Positions 40,023 to 51,792 of a DNA stretch of 64,000 nucleotides are shown here, one piece after another; the first letter of the stretch is position 1, and the number at the start of each line of letters is the position of its first letter. The position numbers and the translations under genes were made by a program. Origin of the DNA: Bacteriovoracaceae bacterium (GTDB lineage Bacteria > Bdellovibrionota > Bacteriovoracia > Bacteriovoracales > Bacteriovoracaceae); the NCBI GenBank assembly GCA_041586955.1, contig JBFGZE010000003.1, positions 1-64,000 of the forward strand, read 5' to 3'. The notes under the pieces are model-generated. The model had not been told where the DNA came from, searched no databases, and saw only the letters and a list, made by a program, of their open reading frames with translations.

Positions 40023-40508
40023 TTAATTTTTTTCTTGGGCATTTTCAAATAGTGGCAACATAATCAAGTCACCATCACCATGAACATCATTTATCTTCTC
40101 TGCCATTTTATAAAGAATATTGTTCTCTTTATCGATATGCTCCAATAATATTTGAGCATATTCATAAACATAAATTTTAAATTGCTCCCACGACTCTTCG
40201 TCACCGCCTTGGACTTTTTGTAGTGTTAAACTGGCCCTATCGACAATTTCCCGGCTCTTGTCGTGCTCTCCTAGCATACAGCGAAGAGGCCCATTTTCAA
40301 GATCCGGTTCTTTAGAGCGCATCCATAAGAAATAAATATCTTCTTCCTTAGCGTGATGATAATCATCAGCGTAACTTTTTAAAAAATGAAGAAAGGTCGT
40401 CCAATACTTCAAATCATGCCAATTTTCAGTGTCTAAAAAGCGCAGGGCATCGTTAATCGTATTGGAAATAACTTGATGCTCTTCTTTAAGAATTTCTGTC
40501 GCTTTCAT
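40023..40508 (-). CDS. Hemerythrin-like (HHE) domain protein
   Basis: EEH, HHAKEE, EH, HIDKEN di-iron-type ligands. Confidence 0.88.
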   Translation of the reverse strand: MKATEILKEEHQVISNTINDALRFLDTENWHDLKYWTTFLHFLKSYADDYHHAKEEDIYFLWMRSKEPDLENGPLRCMLGEHDKSREIVDRASLTLQKVQGGDEESWEQFKIYVYEYAQILLEHIDKENNILYKMAEKINDVHGDGDLIMLPLFENAQEKN

Positions 40509-40509
40509 A

Positions 40510-42279
40510 TCACTTCCTCTGAGAGTTTAAAACATAATCTAAGGAGAACTTGCCACTACCTGCCCAACTAAATGCCGCTAAACAAACCAACACTAATAAG
40601 GAGAATTGAAAGTCCTGGCCATGGGATAACATGCCATCCACCCCATGAATGAAAAATGTGGCACCAAATAGAACAGGAAGGTTCAATACGGCAAATGTCC
40701 GTGTGGCAAAACCTAGTAACAAGGAGATCCCTCCGGCAATATGTGCGAAAATCACGTACCAACTGGTGACATTTTGAAAATGCCCCATATGGCCAGTCAT
40801 ACTTTCAATCGTCTGCATATTGAGGATGAAATAGATTCCCTTAATCGCCAATGCCCCCCCTAAAAAGACTCGTAACATATCGAGGGGGTTAAAAGTGGTG
40901 AGAAAATCTGGAACAAGACGAGGTCTCCCTTCTTTACTGCCTTCGTAAGCTGCATCAATGGCAGCTTGCGTACGAACGGCTTCATCGTGAGCGAGTTTTG
41001 CGGCCTTCTCTTCAGCGGTCGAAAATGTAACAAAAAGAGCTGCAAAAGAAAATAAAAGGACTAATACTCCCAGGATAAGAAGTGCCTGTGGCCAGCTTAA
41101 CTCAGGGGAGCGAAAAAGAAAACCTGCTCCAACCGCTCCCATATTACCGCCAGCACCAACAATACCTGATACAGACCCAAGTGCTTTTTTATTAATAAAA
41201 GGAACAACGGAATAAGTCGCCCCCTCAGACATTTGCACGAAAAGCGAAAAGATCACCATGGTGCCGATCGCGACGGGGAGAACTTTAACTTGAGAAAATA
41301 TAATAAGAGCGAAACCTTCTACAACAAGGGCCATAAATAACCAGCGAACCCTTCCCTTAAGTCCCCATTTATGTCCAAACTTATCCCCAATAATTCCACC
41401 TGTGGTACGGGCAAAAATATTCATGAGTCCAAAAAGTCCGGCGACAAGACCAGCTGTTTTAACACCGAGTCCGAAGTAATCTTTATAATAAAGAGCGGCA
41501 ATATTATTGAGGGTCAATTCAATACCAAAGCTAGCCGCGTAAACCAGAAATAGCATCCAAACACGATGATCTTTACAGGCATCCATGAAGGAACCACCAT
41601 TTTTGGAAAGTTTCTTACGAGCAGCAGTAATGCCAAGATCCTTATAATTCCCATCTGGTAAATCAGTTGTTAAAAAATAATAAGCGACACCTGTAAGCAT
41701 ACAAACACCACCCGCCACAACCATGGATAATCGCCATGACCAAAAGGTGGAAACACCCCAACCAACAAAAGATGCAAAGACGATAGGCATCACCATTTGA
41801 GTAATGCCTCCACCAAGATTCCCCCACCCGGCGGAGGTCGCATTCGCCGTACCGACACAATTGGGAGCAAACATAACGGAAGTATGAAATTGCGTGATCA
41901 CAAATGCGGCACCGATGGCACCAATACCTAGCCGAAATAAAAGGAAGGTTTCATAAGAGTTAGCAAACCCAATTCCCATGACAGGTAATGACCCAAGCAT
42001 AAGTAACCAGGTATAACATAAACGCGGACCAATTTTATCACATAACCAGCCAATAAAGAGTCGGGCCAGGATGGTAATGGAAACCGACGCAATAATAGTG
42101 TTGCCAATTTGAGTTTTAGTTAAATGCAATTCGTCTCTAACAATCGCCATGAGAGGAGCAATACCAAACCAGGCGAAAAAACAAAGAAAGAAGGAAAACC
42201 AAGACATGTGAAAGGCACGCATCTGAGGTGTTGAAAAGTTAAAAAGATCAATTCTCGTTGCTTTGTTTTTAATTTCCAT
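40510..42279 (-). CDS. narK: NarK/NRT2-type nitrate MFS transporter fused to C-terminal DoxX domain
   Basis: MRAFHMSW, AGWGNLGGG, GAGGNMG; C-terminal MLRVFLG...LLLGFATR...GSGKFSLD. Confidence 0.88.
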   Translation of the reverse strand: MEIKNKATRIDLFNFSTPQMRAFHMSWFSFFLCFFAWFGIAPLMAIVRDELHLTKTQIGNTIIASVSITILARLFIGWLCDKIGPRLCYTWLLMLGSLPVMGIGFANSYETFLLFRLGIGAIGAAFVITQFHTSVMFAPNCVGTANATSAGWGNLGGGITQMVMPIVFASFVGWGVSTFWSWRLSMVVAGGVCMLTGVAYYFLTTDLPDGNYKDLGITAARKKLSKNGGSFMDACKDHRVWMLFLVYAASFGIELTLNNIAALYYKDYFGLGVKTAGLVAGLFGLMNIFARTTGGIIGDKFGHKWGLKGRVRWLFMALVVEGFALIIFSQVKVLPVAIGTMVIFSLFVQMSEGATYSVVPFINKKALGSVSGIVGAGGNMGAVGAGFLFRSPELSWPQALLILGVLVLLFSFAALFVTFSTAEEKAAKLAHDEAVRTQAAIDAAYEGSKEGRPRLVPDFLTTFNPLDMLRVFLGGALAIKGIYFILNMQTIESMTGHMGHFQNVTSWYVIFAHIAGGISLLLGFATRTFAVLNLPVLFGATFFIHGVDGMLSHGQDFQFSLLVLVCLAAFSWAGSGKFSLDYVLNSQRK

Positions 42280-42308
42280 AATGGCCTCGACTAACTCAAA
42301 AAATTAAA

Positions 42309-43907
42309 CTAAGGATTCTTATAATCTGCTTTTGGCCCTAAGTAATACCACCAATTGATTATGGCACAGAGGGCGTAAAATACAGCAAAACCATAAAGAG
42401 CATATTCAGGAGTTGTCGCCTTAATCTGCTCACCAAACACTTTAGGAATAATAAAGGCCCCATAAGCGGCCACAGCAGAAGTCCATCCCAGTACAGGTCC
42501 TCTCTGCTCTTCATTAAAAATCACAGCAATAGTCCTAAAGGTCGAACCATTACCAACACCGGTCGCTGTAAATAAAAGGAGAAATAATAAAAAGAAAGGC
42601 ATAAAGTAGACTTCCGGTGTTTCAGAAATATAAGCAGCATGCATATAATGAGCAACGCCAAGTGACGCCACGACCATAGTGATAGCACAAATTTGAGTAA
42701 CAAGAGCTCCACCAAACTTATCCGAAATCTTGCCACCAATAGGACGAATAAGAGCGCCAATAAATGGGGCCAACCAAGCATATGCTAAAGCTGAAGGCCC
42801 GTTGGGGTTGATGATAGAGTGATCAAACCCTCCTCCTGCAGTGGCAACATGCTTAAAACCAAAGATAACTTTAATCGCCAAAGGGAAGGCAGCAGAAAAA
42901 CCAATAAAAGAGCCGAAAGTCATGGTGTAGATGACAGTCATAACCCAGTTATGCTTATTGCCAAAAATCTTATATTGCCTGGTTAGTGATTCCTTTAATT
43001 GACCGGGTGAAAGAAACTTCATTAAATTGACGGTTAATGCAATAACTAGGGGCAAAACAATCCACTTAGAAACGCCCACCTTCAATAAAAGAACCAGTCC
43101 AATAATCGCGGAAACAAATCCTAAGAGTAATAGCCATGACATTTTAGCAATAGCGCCGGCGGTAGAGCCCAGGTCTGGTGAAACCACTTCATTTTTAATA
43201 TTATTCATTTTAAAAAATGCTAAAACGGAAGTCACAATTAAGATGGGGACCCATATAAAACCAGCATTATGAATAAAGGACATTTCACCTGCGGGAATTT
43301 TACCAATTAATGAACCACTTGGTTTGATAAGTTCCATTGGAACGCCACCAAATAGCCCAAAAGTCATCACTAAGGGAACTAAAATCTGCATCGTGGTCAC
43401 ACCAAAATTACCGAGTCCGGCATTGAGCCCGAGTGCCATTCCTTGAACTTTTTTTGGATAGAAGTAGGAAATATTACTCATGGAGGAGGCAAAGTTTCCG
43501 CCACCAATCCCCGATAAAAGGGCCAAGATCTGGAAAACCCATAAAGGAGTGTTTTGATCTTGAAGAGCAAGGCCGACCCCAAGAGCGGGTAAAATTAAAA
43601 GTGCCGAAGTAAAAAAGATAGTGTTCCGGCCACCACAGGGACGAATAAAAAAGGTGCTCGGGATACGAAGAGTGGCGCCAGTCAACCCAGCAATCGCCAT
43701 TAGCGAAAATAATTGCGCTTTTTCAAATGGGAAACCCACATTAAGCATTTGAACTGTAATAATGCTCCATTGCAGCCAAATGGCAAATCCACATAAAAGG
43801 TTGGGAATAGAAATCCATAAATTCCAATTCGCAATAGATTTACCTTTTGATTCCCAAAACTCAGGGTCTTCGACCCGCCAATCCGTTAAATCTCTATTAC
43901 CTGCCAT
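42309..43907 (-). CDS. narK: NarK2-type nitrate/nitrite antiporter
   Basis: EDPEFWE...NLWIS, GGGNFASSM, TFGSFIGFSAAFP, GVGNGSTFR. Confidence 0.93.
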   Translation of the reverse strand: MAGNRDLTDWRVEDPEFWESKGKSIANWNLWISIPNLLCGFAIWLQWSIITVQMLNVGFPFEKAQLFSLMAIAGLTGATLRIPSTFFIRPCGGRNTIFFTSALLILPALGVGLALQDQNTPLWVFQILALLSGIGGGNFASSMSNISYFYPKKVQGMALGLNAGLGNFGVTTMQILVPLVMTFGLFGGVPMELIKPSGSLIGKIPAGEMSFIHNAGFIWVPILIVTSVLAFFKMNNIKNEVVSPDLGSTAGAIAKMSWLLLLGFVSAIIGLVLLLKVGVSKWIVLPLVIALTVNLMKFLSPGQLKESLTRQYKIFGNKHNWVMTVIYTMTFGSFIGFSAAFPLAIKVIFGFKHVATAGGGFDHSIINPNGPSALAYAWLAPFIGALIRPIGGKISDKFGGALVTQICAITMVVASLGVAHYMHAAYISETPEVYFMPFFLLFLLLFTATGVGNGSTFRTIAVIFNEEQRGPVLGWTSAVAAYGAFIIPKVFGEQIKATTPEYALYGFAVFYALCAIINWWYYLGPKADYKNP

Positions 43908-43930
43908 AATATTTCCCCTCTTCTAATATT

Positions 43931-45124
43931 TTATTGGTGTAAATGTATTCCTTCTTTTAAGTAAGGGTCGTTCACGGCAACAAGCTTCACTCTTTTTAAA
44001 TCGCGCGCGATAAAAAGAGCAAAGAAACAACCAAATCCCACGGCCATCCCCACTTCAATTAGGCCAATCTGAGGATTAGTCACACCGGAATGGCCATAAA
44101 CATCTGGCGCAACCATCAGGTATAAATCAAGCCAACGACCAATAATCAGCAAAATACAAACACGCGATAAGATAAAGCGGCTGCGCTTAGCATCCCTTGT
44201 CATTAAGGCAAAGAATGGAATGATCCAATTGATGGCAAAATTAAAATAGAATAACCAATCCCAAGTATGTTTTTCTCGGGAGATATAATAAAGAGTTTCT
44301 TCTGGAATGTTTGAGTACCAAATGAGGAGATATTGGCTAAGCCAGATATAGGCCCAAAATGTAGTAAAAGCAAAAATAAACTTACCTAAGTCATGAAGAT
44401 TATGATCGCTAACTGCGCCCTTTAAATAACCTCTCCCTTGTAGCCAAATCACCATAAAAGTCACAGTGGCAAGGGCACTAATAAACATACCCGAAAAATT
44501 TTGGATACCATAAATAGTGCTATACCAATGGGGTTTTAAAGACATTAGCCAATCAAATGAAGCGAATGAATAAGTCAGTGCATAGGACACAAGAAAAATC
44601 GAGCTCCACTTGATGACTTGAGTGGTATGACTAGTCGAACCATCATCATCTTGTTTCTGTGAATAGTATTTGATCATTTTGCTGGTGACAATCCAAACGA
44701 CAAAAAAGATCACCATGCGAATCATAAAAAAGGGCGTATTAAGATAGGGCGTTTTAGAGCGTAGGATTTCATCCTTTAAAACCAGATCGTGATGAGTCCA
44801 TTCATAAAGAGAATGAAGTCCAAAGAAAAGTCCTAGCATCAGAATAAACCCAACTGGTAAAAATACTGTTAACGATTCTGACACTCTTTTAAACGGAGCT
44901 CCCCAAGCGGCATTTGAAACTGAGGCGATCGCTACAATAAGAGTTCCCCCTAAAGCGAGAGAAACAAAGTAAACAGAATTGACGAGATAGTTAATCCACA
45001 TCCTCTGTCCGTCGGTAATAATCCCCCAAACGGTACAGAGAACACCCAATAAAACACCGAATAAAAGAAGCCCTTGAGTCTTTGAGCTAAATTTAAATTC
45101 CTTTTGATTGATTTCCATTTTCAT
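43931..45124 (-). CDS. actF: Alternative complex III subunit F
   Basis: SLYEWTH, FDWLMSLKPHWYST, HDLGK, SQYLLIWYSNIPEET; position in act cluster. Confidence 0.88.
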   Translation of the reverse strand: MKMEINQKEFKFSSKTQGLLLFGVLLGVLCTVWGIITDGQRMWINYLVNSVYFVSLALGGTLIVAIASVSNAAWGAPFKRVSESLTVFLPVGFILMLGLFFGLHSLYEWTHHDLVLKDEILRSKTPYLNTPFFMIRMVIFFVVWIVTSKMIKYYSQKQDDDGSTSHTTQVIKWSSIFLVSYALTYSFASFDWLMSLKPHWYSTIYGIQNFSGMFISALATVTFMVIWLQGRGYLKGAVSDHNLHDLGKFIFAFTTFWAYIWLSQYLLIWYSNIPEETLYYISREKHTWDWLFYFNFAINWIIPFFALMTRDAKRSRFILSRVCILLIIGRWLDLYLMVAPDVYGHSGVTNPQIGLIEVGMAVGFGCFFALFIARDLKRVKLVAVNDPYLKEGIHLHQ

Positions 45125-45140
45125 TATCTCACTCTAGAAG

Positions 45141-45698
45141 TTATTTTTTCCTATAAGTTTCTTGAATATAATTCACATATTGCACAAGAAACCAACGGTC
45201 TTTAGAATTAATCTGCTCCTTATGAGATGGCATATCACCAGAACCTTCTGTAATAATGTGATATAAGCGACCATCTTCATACTTCAATAAGCGCTTCGCC
45301 GTTAATGAGGGAGGATTGGGAAATTTAGGTATTAAAGGGCCATCCCCTTTACCTTGGACCCCATGGCAGGCCAGGCAATAATTTGTATATAGAGACCGTC
45401 CTCTTTCCAGACCTTGCTTGGTTTCTGCAAAGGGATTGACCAATTCCTGACCTGCTCTTTTTGCTTCTGCCTCACCTTTCCCATAGGGAAAAGGAAGTTT
45501 ATTCCGAGCAATCGAGCCCTCTGGTGGTAATTGATTGGTTTTTCCATCGGCCATGATACTGTTTTCAGAATAGGCCTCATAACCTACGGAATGCACCATG
45601 TCGGGAAAAATCTCAATACCTGTTTCATCAGGATTACGACTACATCCGCTACTAATTAAAAGTAAGGTCACAATAATATAAATTCCAACTTTATCCAT
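45141..45698 (-). CDS. actE: Alternative complex III subunit E, monoheme lipoprotein cytochrome c
   Basis: Lipobox SSGC, PDM, CLACH, GDMP. Confidence 0.88.
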   Translation of the reverse strand: MDKVGIYIIVTLLLISSGCSRNPDETGIEIFPDMVHSVGYEAYSENSIMADGKTNQLPPEGSIARNKLPFPYGKGEAEAKRAGQELVNPFAETKQGLERGRSLYTNYCLACHGVQGKGDGPLIPKFPNPPSLTAKRLLKYEDGRLYHIITEGSGDMPSHKEQINSKDRWFLVQYVNYIQETYRKK

Positions 45699-46215
45699 GA
45701 TTCACAACCTCACTCGCGCCATGTTTTTTCATAATAGTGCTAACTTGATCGAAGTCGATGGCAGCGTTATTATGTTCAATGGCCAGAACAAAACTATAAT
45801 TGGTCATATTCGCATCTAAGATGGTTTCTTTTTTCCCTGGGAATAATCCACAACGATATAAGAAAAAGGCCACTGTAATAAGGGCACCCATCAATACTGT
45901 AATTTCGAACGCCACAGGTATAAAAGCGACAAAAGAATTAAATGGCTTACCACCAATATTCAAGGGCCAACTATATTTCGATGTCCAAACTTGGAAATAA
46001 ATGGCCACAAGGCAGCCAAATAGACAGGCGAAAAATGTAATAATTGGTAATCGCGAACGCTTAATTTCTAATAGCTCATCCAACCCATGCACAGGAAAGG
46101 GGGTATAGATGTCGAGAATCGGTATATTATAATCTCGCAAGCTTTTCCCGGCCTCGATCAAATGTTCCTCGTCTTCAAAAACGCCAAAAATTAATTTCCG
46201 GTTAGCATTTTTCAT
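45691..46215 (-). CDS. actD: Alternative complex III subunit D (DUF3341)
   Basis: [29 protein letters not shown]. Confidence 0.9.
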   Translation of the reverse strand: MKNANRKLIFGVFEDEEHLIEAGKSLRDYNIPILDIYTPFPVHGLDELLEIKRSRLPIITFFACLFGCLVAIYFQVWTSKYSWPLNIGGKPFNSFVAFIPVAFEITVLMGALITVAFFLYRCGLFPGKKETILDANMTNYSFVLAIEHNNAAIDFDQVSTIMKKHGASEVVNHG

Positions 46216-47578
46216 TTTTATTCCTTGCAAATTTCAATACTGTTTTAACCTCAGCTACGTTGATAGCTGGGAGAAAGCGGACAAAAAGTAAAAATAATGT
46301 AAAGAAAAGTCCAAAGCTTCCTATAAAAGTGATCACTTCAATTTTTGTTGGTGAATAACTCGCCCAGCTTGAGGGTAAATAATCCCGATGTAGTGAGGTG
46401 ACAATAATCACAAATCGCTCAAACCACATGCCAATATTAACAATAATGGAAAGGATAAAAACGGCTGCCACATTCGTTCTTATTTTTTTAAACCAAAAAA
46501 AGTGGGGAGAGATAACATTACAGGTTACCATAATCCAATAGGCCCAGCACATGGGCCCAGTCGCACGATTGATAAAAGCATATCTCTCATATTCATTACC
46601 TGAATACCAGGCGACAAAGAATTCTGTCATATAGGCCAGAGATACAAACATCCCAGTTAAAAGAACAATCTTGCACATCGCCTCAATATGGCCCATGGTA
46701 ATGTAATTTTCAAAATTCATCACCTTACGGGTAATGATCAATAAAGTTAATACCATTGCAAAGCCAGAAAAAACCGCACCTGCCACAAAATAGGGTGGCA
46801 AAATAGTAGTATGCCAGCCTGGTATAACCGAAGTCGCAAAGTCAAAAGAAACAATGGTATGAACTGAAACAACCAATGGAGTGGCCAACCCTGCTAAAAT
46901 AAGACATAGCATTTCATAACGATGCCAAGTTCGATGAGACCCGTTCCACCCAAAACTAAAGAAACGGTATATACTCTTTTTGATGCCAGTCTTTGCTCTA
47001 TCCCGCAAGGAAGCGAAGTCAGGAATCATCCCAACATACCAAAAGACCGCAGAAACAATAAAGTAGGTACTAATGGCAAAAACATCCCATAATAATGGTG
47101 ATCTAAAATTAACCCATAAGGTTCCCCGCATATTAGGATAGGGAAAAACCCAATGAGCAAGCCAAGGACGCCCCATATGGATAATAGGAAAAATACCGGC
47201 ACACATGACCGCAAAAATGGTCATCGCCTCTGCGGCACGGTTAACCGACGTTCTCCACTTTTGACGAAATAAAAGAAGAATGGCAGAGATCAAAGTACCT
47301 GCATGGCCAATACCAACCCAAAACACGAAATTGGTAATATCCCATGCCCAGCCGACGGTTTTATTAAGACCCCAAGTTCCTATGCCATAAATGATCTGAT
47401 AGGAAACAGCTGCGATTCCCATAACCAAGGCACAGATAGAAATTGAAAGACCAATATACCAAAGCTTACTTGGTGAGCCCTCAACAGACTTAAAAACATC
47501 GTCAGAAATCTCTTTATATGATCGAAACTTCGTTATAAGAGGATTTCTCAATTTTGAAGTATGCGTATCTGCAGACAT
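46202..47578 (-). CDS. actC: Alternative complex III subunit C (NrfD/PsrC family, quinol site)
   Basis: [44 protein letters not shown]. Confidence 0.95.
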   Translation of the reverse strand: MSADTHTSKLRNPLITKFRSYKEISDDVFKSVEGSPSKLWYIGLSISICALVMGIAAVSYQIIYGIGTWGLNKTVGWAWDITNFVFWVGIGHAGTLISAILLLFRQKWRTSVNRAAEAMTIFAVMCAGIFPIIHMGRPWLAHWVFPYPNMRGTLWVNFRSPLLWDVFAISTYFIVSAVFWYVGMIPDFASLRDRAKTGIKKSIYRFFSFGWNGSHRTWHRYEMLCLILAGLATPLVVSVHTIVSFDFATSVIPGWHTTILPPYFVAGAVFSGFAMVLTLLIITRKVMNFENYITMGHIEAMCKIVLLTGMFVSLAYMTEFFVAWYSGNEYERYAFINRATGPMCWAYWIMVTCNVISPHFFWFKKIRTNVAAVFILSIIVNIGMWFERFVIIVTSLHRDYLPSSWASYSPTKIEVITFIGSFGLFFTLFLLFVRFLPAINVAEVKTVLKFARNKNEKC

Positions 47579-47583
47579 ATATC

Positions 47584-50520
47584 CTACCCCTTATTCCTTA
47601 CTTTTGTGAGATAATTAACCCTCGGTTGAATATTTAATTCCTCGAGTAGTCGGTATTTTCTTGCATTTTTTAATAGGGTCGAGATTTTACTTTTTGGATC
47701 GTTTAAATTACCAAAAACAATCGCATCCCCAGGACAACTTTGCTGACAGGCCAATTGGATATCTCCGTCTTTAAGCGGGCGTTCCTCTTTTTTGGCGACA
47801 AGTTTTGACTCTTGAATACGTTGGATACACATCGAACATTTTTCCATAACCCCACGTGATCTCACTACGATGTCAGGATTGAGCACCATATTTTCGTATT
47901 TATCATCATGTGCATAATCAAACCAATTGAAGCGCCTTACTTTATAAGGACAATTATTGGCACAATAACGAGTCCCAACACAGCGATTATAGACCTGCTG
48001 ATTAAGTCCATCAGAACTCTGCACGGTGGCAATGACTGGACAGACAGTTTCGCAAGGAGCGTTATCACAATGCTGACACATAATGGGCTGATGAACGACT
48101 TCAGGATTTTCTTCATCACCTTTATAATAGCGGTCAATTCGTAACCAATGCATCTCACGACGACTATGAACTTCTTTCTTTCCAACAACTGGTACGTTAT
48201 TTTCAGCGTTACAAGAGATAATACAGCCCGAGCAACCGGTACATTTATTAAGATCTATGGCCATGCCCCATTGCTCACCACTTTGATCGTGCTTACCCCA
48301 CATCGAGACAAGCTTAATTGATGGTTTATTACCGGCATGGTTATCGACCTTCCATTCCTTTAATGTCGTTTCACGAACAATATCTCGTCCCTCCATTGAA
48401 TGATGGGTTTGAGTCAAGGCCATCTCCCTTTTTTCAGGGGTTATATCAACCTTAACGTCTGTCGCAATATTATTAAAAGAACCATTAGAAAATTGAACGA
48501 ATGGAAAGGCATTCCCACCAAGATTTTTGGCAACTTTCCCCGCCACGCTGCGACCGTACCCGTAGGCAACCCCAATCATATTTTCGCGTACTCCAGGCTG
48601 CACAATAATAGGAAGTACTAAGGTAACTTTATCTGTCGCAACCTTGATAACTTGACCTGTTTTTAAGTTTTGTTTTTTAGCGTCAATGGGACTAATAAGA
48701 AAGTAATTATCCCATGTCGCTTTGGTTATCGGGTCGGGTAATTCCTGTAACCAAGGATTATTGATCATATCCCCCGCGCGCATGCCTACCTTTTGGTAAC
48801 CAATTAAAGTCATGCCTTTATTTAGAGTTGCCTTCACAAGACGTGCATAGGAAAGGGCCACTACATTTTTTGCAAGATCTGATTTTTTGCTAAGTGAAGA
48901 ATTCATTAATGAGAGTCCGTCATGGACGGTATGATTCCAAAACTCATGAAACAACATTTTTTTTGTTTGCATTTTGAAGAATTTAATCTCTGCATTTTTC
49001 TTGAGAAAATCATAGTATTTAGTTGTTGAACCTGCCAATTTTAATAATGTCTCTTGCGCCATACGCGAACCAAACAATGGCTGAATAACAGGTTGAGAGT
49101 AAGTGAGAACATTAGGCGCTTGAAAATAATCATCCCATGACTCAAGAAAATGATTCATCGGCAACACATAATTACACAAGACTGAGGTTTCATCATCAGC
49201 GGAGGCAAACGAACATCTTGTCACAACTTTTTTCAATGCCTTAGTAAAACGTTGAGTGTCGCGATAATGATAGGCCAAATTCGTATCCCAAAAAAGAACC
49301 GCTCCTATTTCTCCCGCCTCCATTGTAGAAATCAAGTCTTCCGTTTCTTGATCTTTTGGCCCTTTAAAATAAGGATTCTCATAAAGATCAATCGTTTCAC
49401 CATAATTATCAAGAAGTGAATTCAAAGCATTAACCATGATTTGAATATCTTTATTTTGTGATCCGGAGAGAATGACGGACTTTCCTTTTTTCTCCCATAA
49501 CTCACCGGCAATTTGACTAACAAGCTCACGATTAGTACCAGGCAATTGTTGACCTGGAGGTAATAACGAGCGTCCGGCCTTTCGCTGTATCTCAGCGAGG
49601 AGATTTATGATAAAACTTTTTTCCTCCTCGGGCGTAACACTGAAGCGTTGATCAGCATTACTACCAGTAAGAGTCATTAATGATTCAAATTGGTAATGTT
49701 TAGATAAGGTATTATGAATTGTTAAATCCCTACGGGATGTATATTGTTTTGTGTACTCTACTGGAGAAAGCCATGTTCCTAAAAAGTCTGCGGAAAAACT
49801 GACAATGAGATCGGCCCGATCTAAAGAAATCGTTGGGTAAACGGCATTAGAAAAACATTCCTCGTTCGCCCTTAAAATGGCACTTTGAGAAGTTGGCTCA
49901 AATACCACATGATCGAAATTTGAATATTTCTCCTTCAGTTGCGCAATGATATCAAGAGTAGAAGGGCTAGAAATTGTTCTCGTGACTAGAACGATCTTTT
50001 TTTCCTTATCATTAGCATTATTTAAGGCCGCCTCAAGTTTCTTATCAATATTGGCCCATTCGATAGGTTTGCCATCTAATAGAGGACCTTTAAAACGTGA
50101 AGAATTATAGAGAGAGAGAACACTGGCCTGATCAGTCCCGAAAGTTCCTCCTTTAGTAATAGGAGAAAGACTATTCCCCTCAATCTTTATCGGTCTCCCC
50201 TCCCTTGTTTTGACTAATAAGGAGCTTCCCTTCATTGGATCCATGCTGGTGGCATACCAATTGGCGACACCAGGAGTCACCTGATCAGATTTATAAAGGT
50301 AGGGAATAGCTTTTTTGACAGGTATTCGCATACAGGAGGCGAGAGGTATCGCGGTAAAGGAAAATCCCATCACTTTTAAAAAGCTACGACGATCTTTTTT
50401 AATACTTCCGATATCAAATTGAAGTTCCCCTTCACCAAACTCAGATTTTAAGTGCTCAGGATCTAAAACTTTGTTTTCAACATCTTGCCAATAGGTAGTG
50501 TTATTTTTTTTCATTTTCAT
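47584..50520 (-). CDS. actB: Alternative complex III subunit B (Tat; molybdopterin-like fold plus Fe-S domain)
   Basis: DRRSFLK Tat motif, [24 protein letters not shown], four Cys clusters including [13 protein letters not shown]. Confidence 0.94.
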   Translation of the reverse strand: MKMKKNNTTYWQDVENKVLDPEHLKSEFGEGELQFDIGSIKKDRRSFLKVMGFSFTAIPLASCMRIPVKKAIPYLYKSDQVTPGVANWYATSMDPMKGSSLLVKTREGRPIKIEGNSLSPITKGGTFGTDQASVLSLYNSSRFKGPLLDGKPIEWANIDKKLEAALNNANDKEKKIVLVTRTISSPSTLDIIAQLKEKYSNFDHVVFEPTSQSAILRANEECFSNAVYPTISLDRADLIVSFSADFLGTWLSPVEYTKQYTSRRDLTIHNTLSKHYQFESLMTLTGSNADQRFSVTPEEEKSFIINLLAEIQRKAGRSLLPPGQQLPGTNRELVSQIAGELWEKKGKSVILSGSQNKDIQIMVNALNSLLDNYGETIDLYENPYFKGPKDQETEDLISTMEAGEIGAVLFWDTNLAYHYRDTQRFTKALKKVVTRCSFASADDETSVLCNYVLPMNHFLESWDDYFQAPNVLTYSQPVIQPLFGSRMAQETLLKLAGSTTKYYDFLKKNAEIKFFKMQTKKMLFHEFWNHTVHDGLSLMNSSLSKKSDLAKNVVALSYARLVKATLNKGMTLIGYQKVGMRAGDMINNPWLQELPDPITKATWDNYFLISPIDAKKQNLKTGQVIKVATDKVTLVLPIIVQPGVRENMIGVAYGYGRSVAGKVAKNLGGNAFPFVQFSNGSFNNIATDVKVDITPEKREMALTQTHHSMEGRDIVRETTLKEWKVDNHAGNKPSIKLVSMWGKHDQSGEQWGMAIDLNKCTGCSGCIISCNAENNVPVVGKKEVHSRREMHWLRIDRYYKGDEENPEVVHQPIMCQHCDNAPCETVCPVIATVQSSDGLNQQVYNRCVGTRYCANNCPYKVRRFNWFDYAHDDKYENMVLNPDIVVRSRGVMEKCSMCIQRIQESKLVAKKEERPLKDGDIQLACQQSCPGDAIVFGNLNDPKSKISTLLKNARKYRLLEELNIQPRVNYLTKVRNKG

Positions 50521-50542
50521 GGTCCCTATTCTTACTTAGCTC

Positions 50543-51091
50543 TTAATAATGGCATCTAGCACAATCTCCGCCGGCCCTACTTTTATGATCATCTGGCGCG
50601 GCAATATTATTTTGACGATGGCAATCTAAACACCAGCCCATATTAAGAGCATTTTCTTGCTTTAAGCGAGTCATCGTCTCTACCGGGCCATGACATTCTT
50701 GGCAGGAAATCTTACCCACCCGAACATGTTGACTATGATTAAAATAAGCAAAATCAGGAAAGTGATGAACTTTTTGCCATTCAATCTTTGCACCACCTGC
50801 AACCGCATCTTTAATCTTTTTAATTTCTGGCGAATCTTTTCTAATTTGATTGTGGCAATTTAAGCAAAGCTCTGTTGGTGGTATCCCAGCATGCCTCCCC
50901 TGCTCGGCGCCAAAATGGCAGTACAAACATTGAATTTGATTTTCACCAGCATGAATTTTATGAGAAAAATTAATTGGTTGCTGGGGTTCATAATCAACAT
51001 TAAAGTTCACCATTCGGGCTTCATAGGTAAAGGCGACAGAAACCCCAATGACAATCACCAAACATATTAAAAAGATAAGTTTATTTTTCAT
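50543..51091 (-). CDS. actA: Alternative complex III subunit A, pentaheme cytochrome c
   Basis: N-terminal TM, PQQPINFSHKIHAG, five CxxCH (CLYCH, CLNCH, CQECH, CLDCH, CARCH). Confidence 0.93.
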   Translation of the reverse strand: MKNKLIFLICLVIVIGVSVAFTYEARMVNFNVDYEPQQPINFSHKIHAGENQIQCLYCHFGAEQGRHAGIPPTELCLNCHNQIRKDSPEIKKIKDAVAGGAKIEWQKVHHFPDFAYFNHSQHVRVGKISCQECHGPVETMTRLKQENALNMGWCLDCHRQNNIAAPDDHKSRAGGDCARCHY

Positions 51092-51102
51092 ATTCCGGCC
51101 TA

Positions 51103-51792
51103 TTAAAATCTATTACGTTTCTGCTTTCTGTCATCATTCCAAATCACGACTTGCCATGAGCGCCAAATATAATGGATAGGAAGTACTAAAAAGTGTAATA
51201 AACGAGTAAATGGAAGTACTGCAATAATAAAAAAGGCATTTGCCATATGAAGTTTAACTGGCCATGGCATCGCCGAGACATACTGCATATCAGGGCTAAA
51301 GGAGAACAAGGACCTTAAATAAGGCACCATTGAAGTGGCATACCAATTAAATCCCCAACGATAATTAATCGCGGTCAAAACCCCTGTTAAAACTTGGACA
51401 AGAAGTAATAACAAGATAAAAATATCCATGCGGCTTGTGACGACCCGAACTCGTTTATTCTCAAATCTTCTTCGTATTAAGACAATGAGGCCAAAGAGTG
51501 CCATCAATCCAAAAATAAGAGAAAAGACTTCAATGACAAGGAGTCTCCAGGGGACACTACCAAATGCAATCATTTCGCGGGGAAATAAAAATCCTAAAAG
51601 GTGGCCTGTCAGAACGACGATGATACCATAATGCCAAGGAACTGATCCCCAAAATAAGTGGTCACTCTCTAGAAATTCAGAGGACAAGGAAGTAAACCTA
51701 TAGCTATTTGTAAAATACCTAGTTAGTGAAACCACCAGCATGACCGTCAAGGCGACGTAAGGAAAAATAACGAAGAGAAATAAATTTAACAT
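51103..51792 (-). CDS. narI: Nitrate reductase gamma subunit (diheme b)
   Basis: FPY, SSEFLE, WHYG/GH (H54, H64), KLH, PFTRLLH. Confidence 0.93.
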   Translation of the reverse strand: MLNLFLFVIFPYVALTVMLVVSLTRYFTNSYRFTSLSSEFLESDHLFWGSVPWHYGIIVVLTGHLLGFLFPREMIAFGSVPWRLLVIEVFSLIFGLMALFGLIVLIRRRFENKRVRVVTSRMDIFILLLLLVQVLTGVLTAINYRWGFNWYATSMVPYLRSLFSFSPDMQYVSAMPWPVKLHMANAFFIIAVLPFTRLLHFLVLPIHYIWRSWQVVIWNDDRKQKRNRF

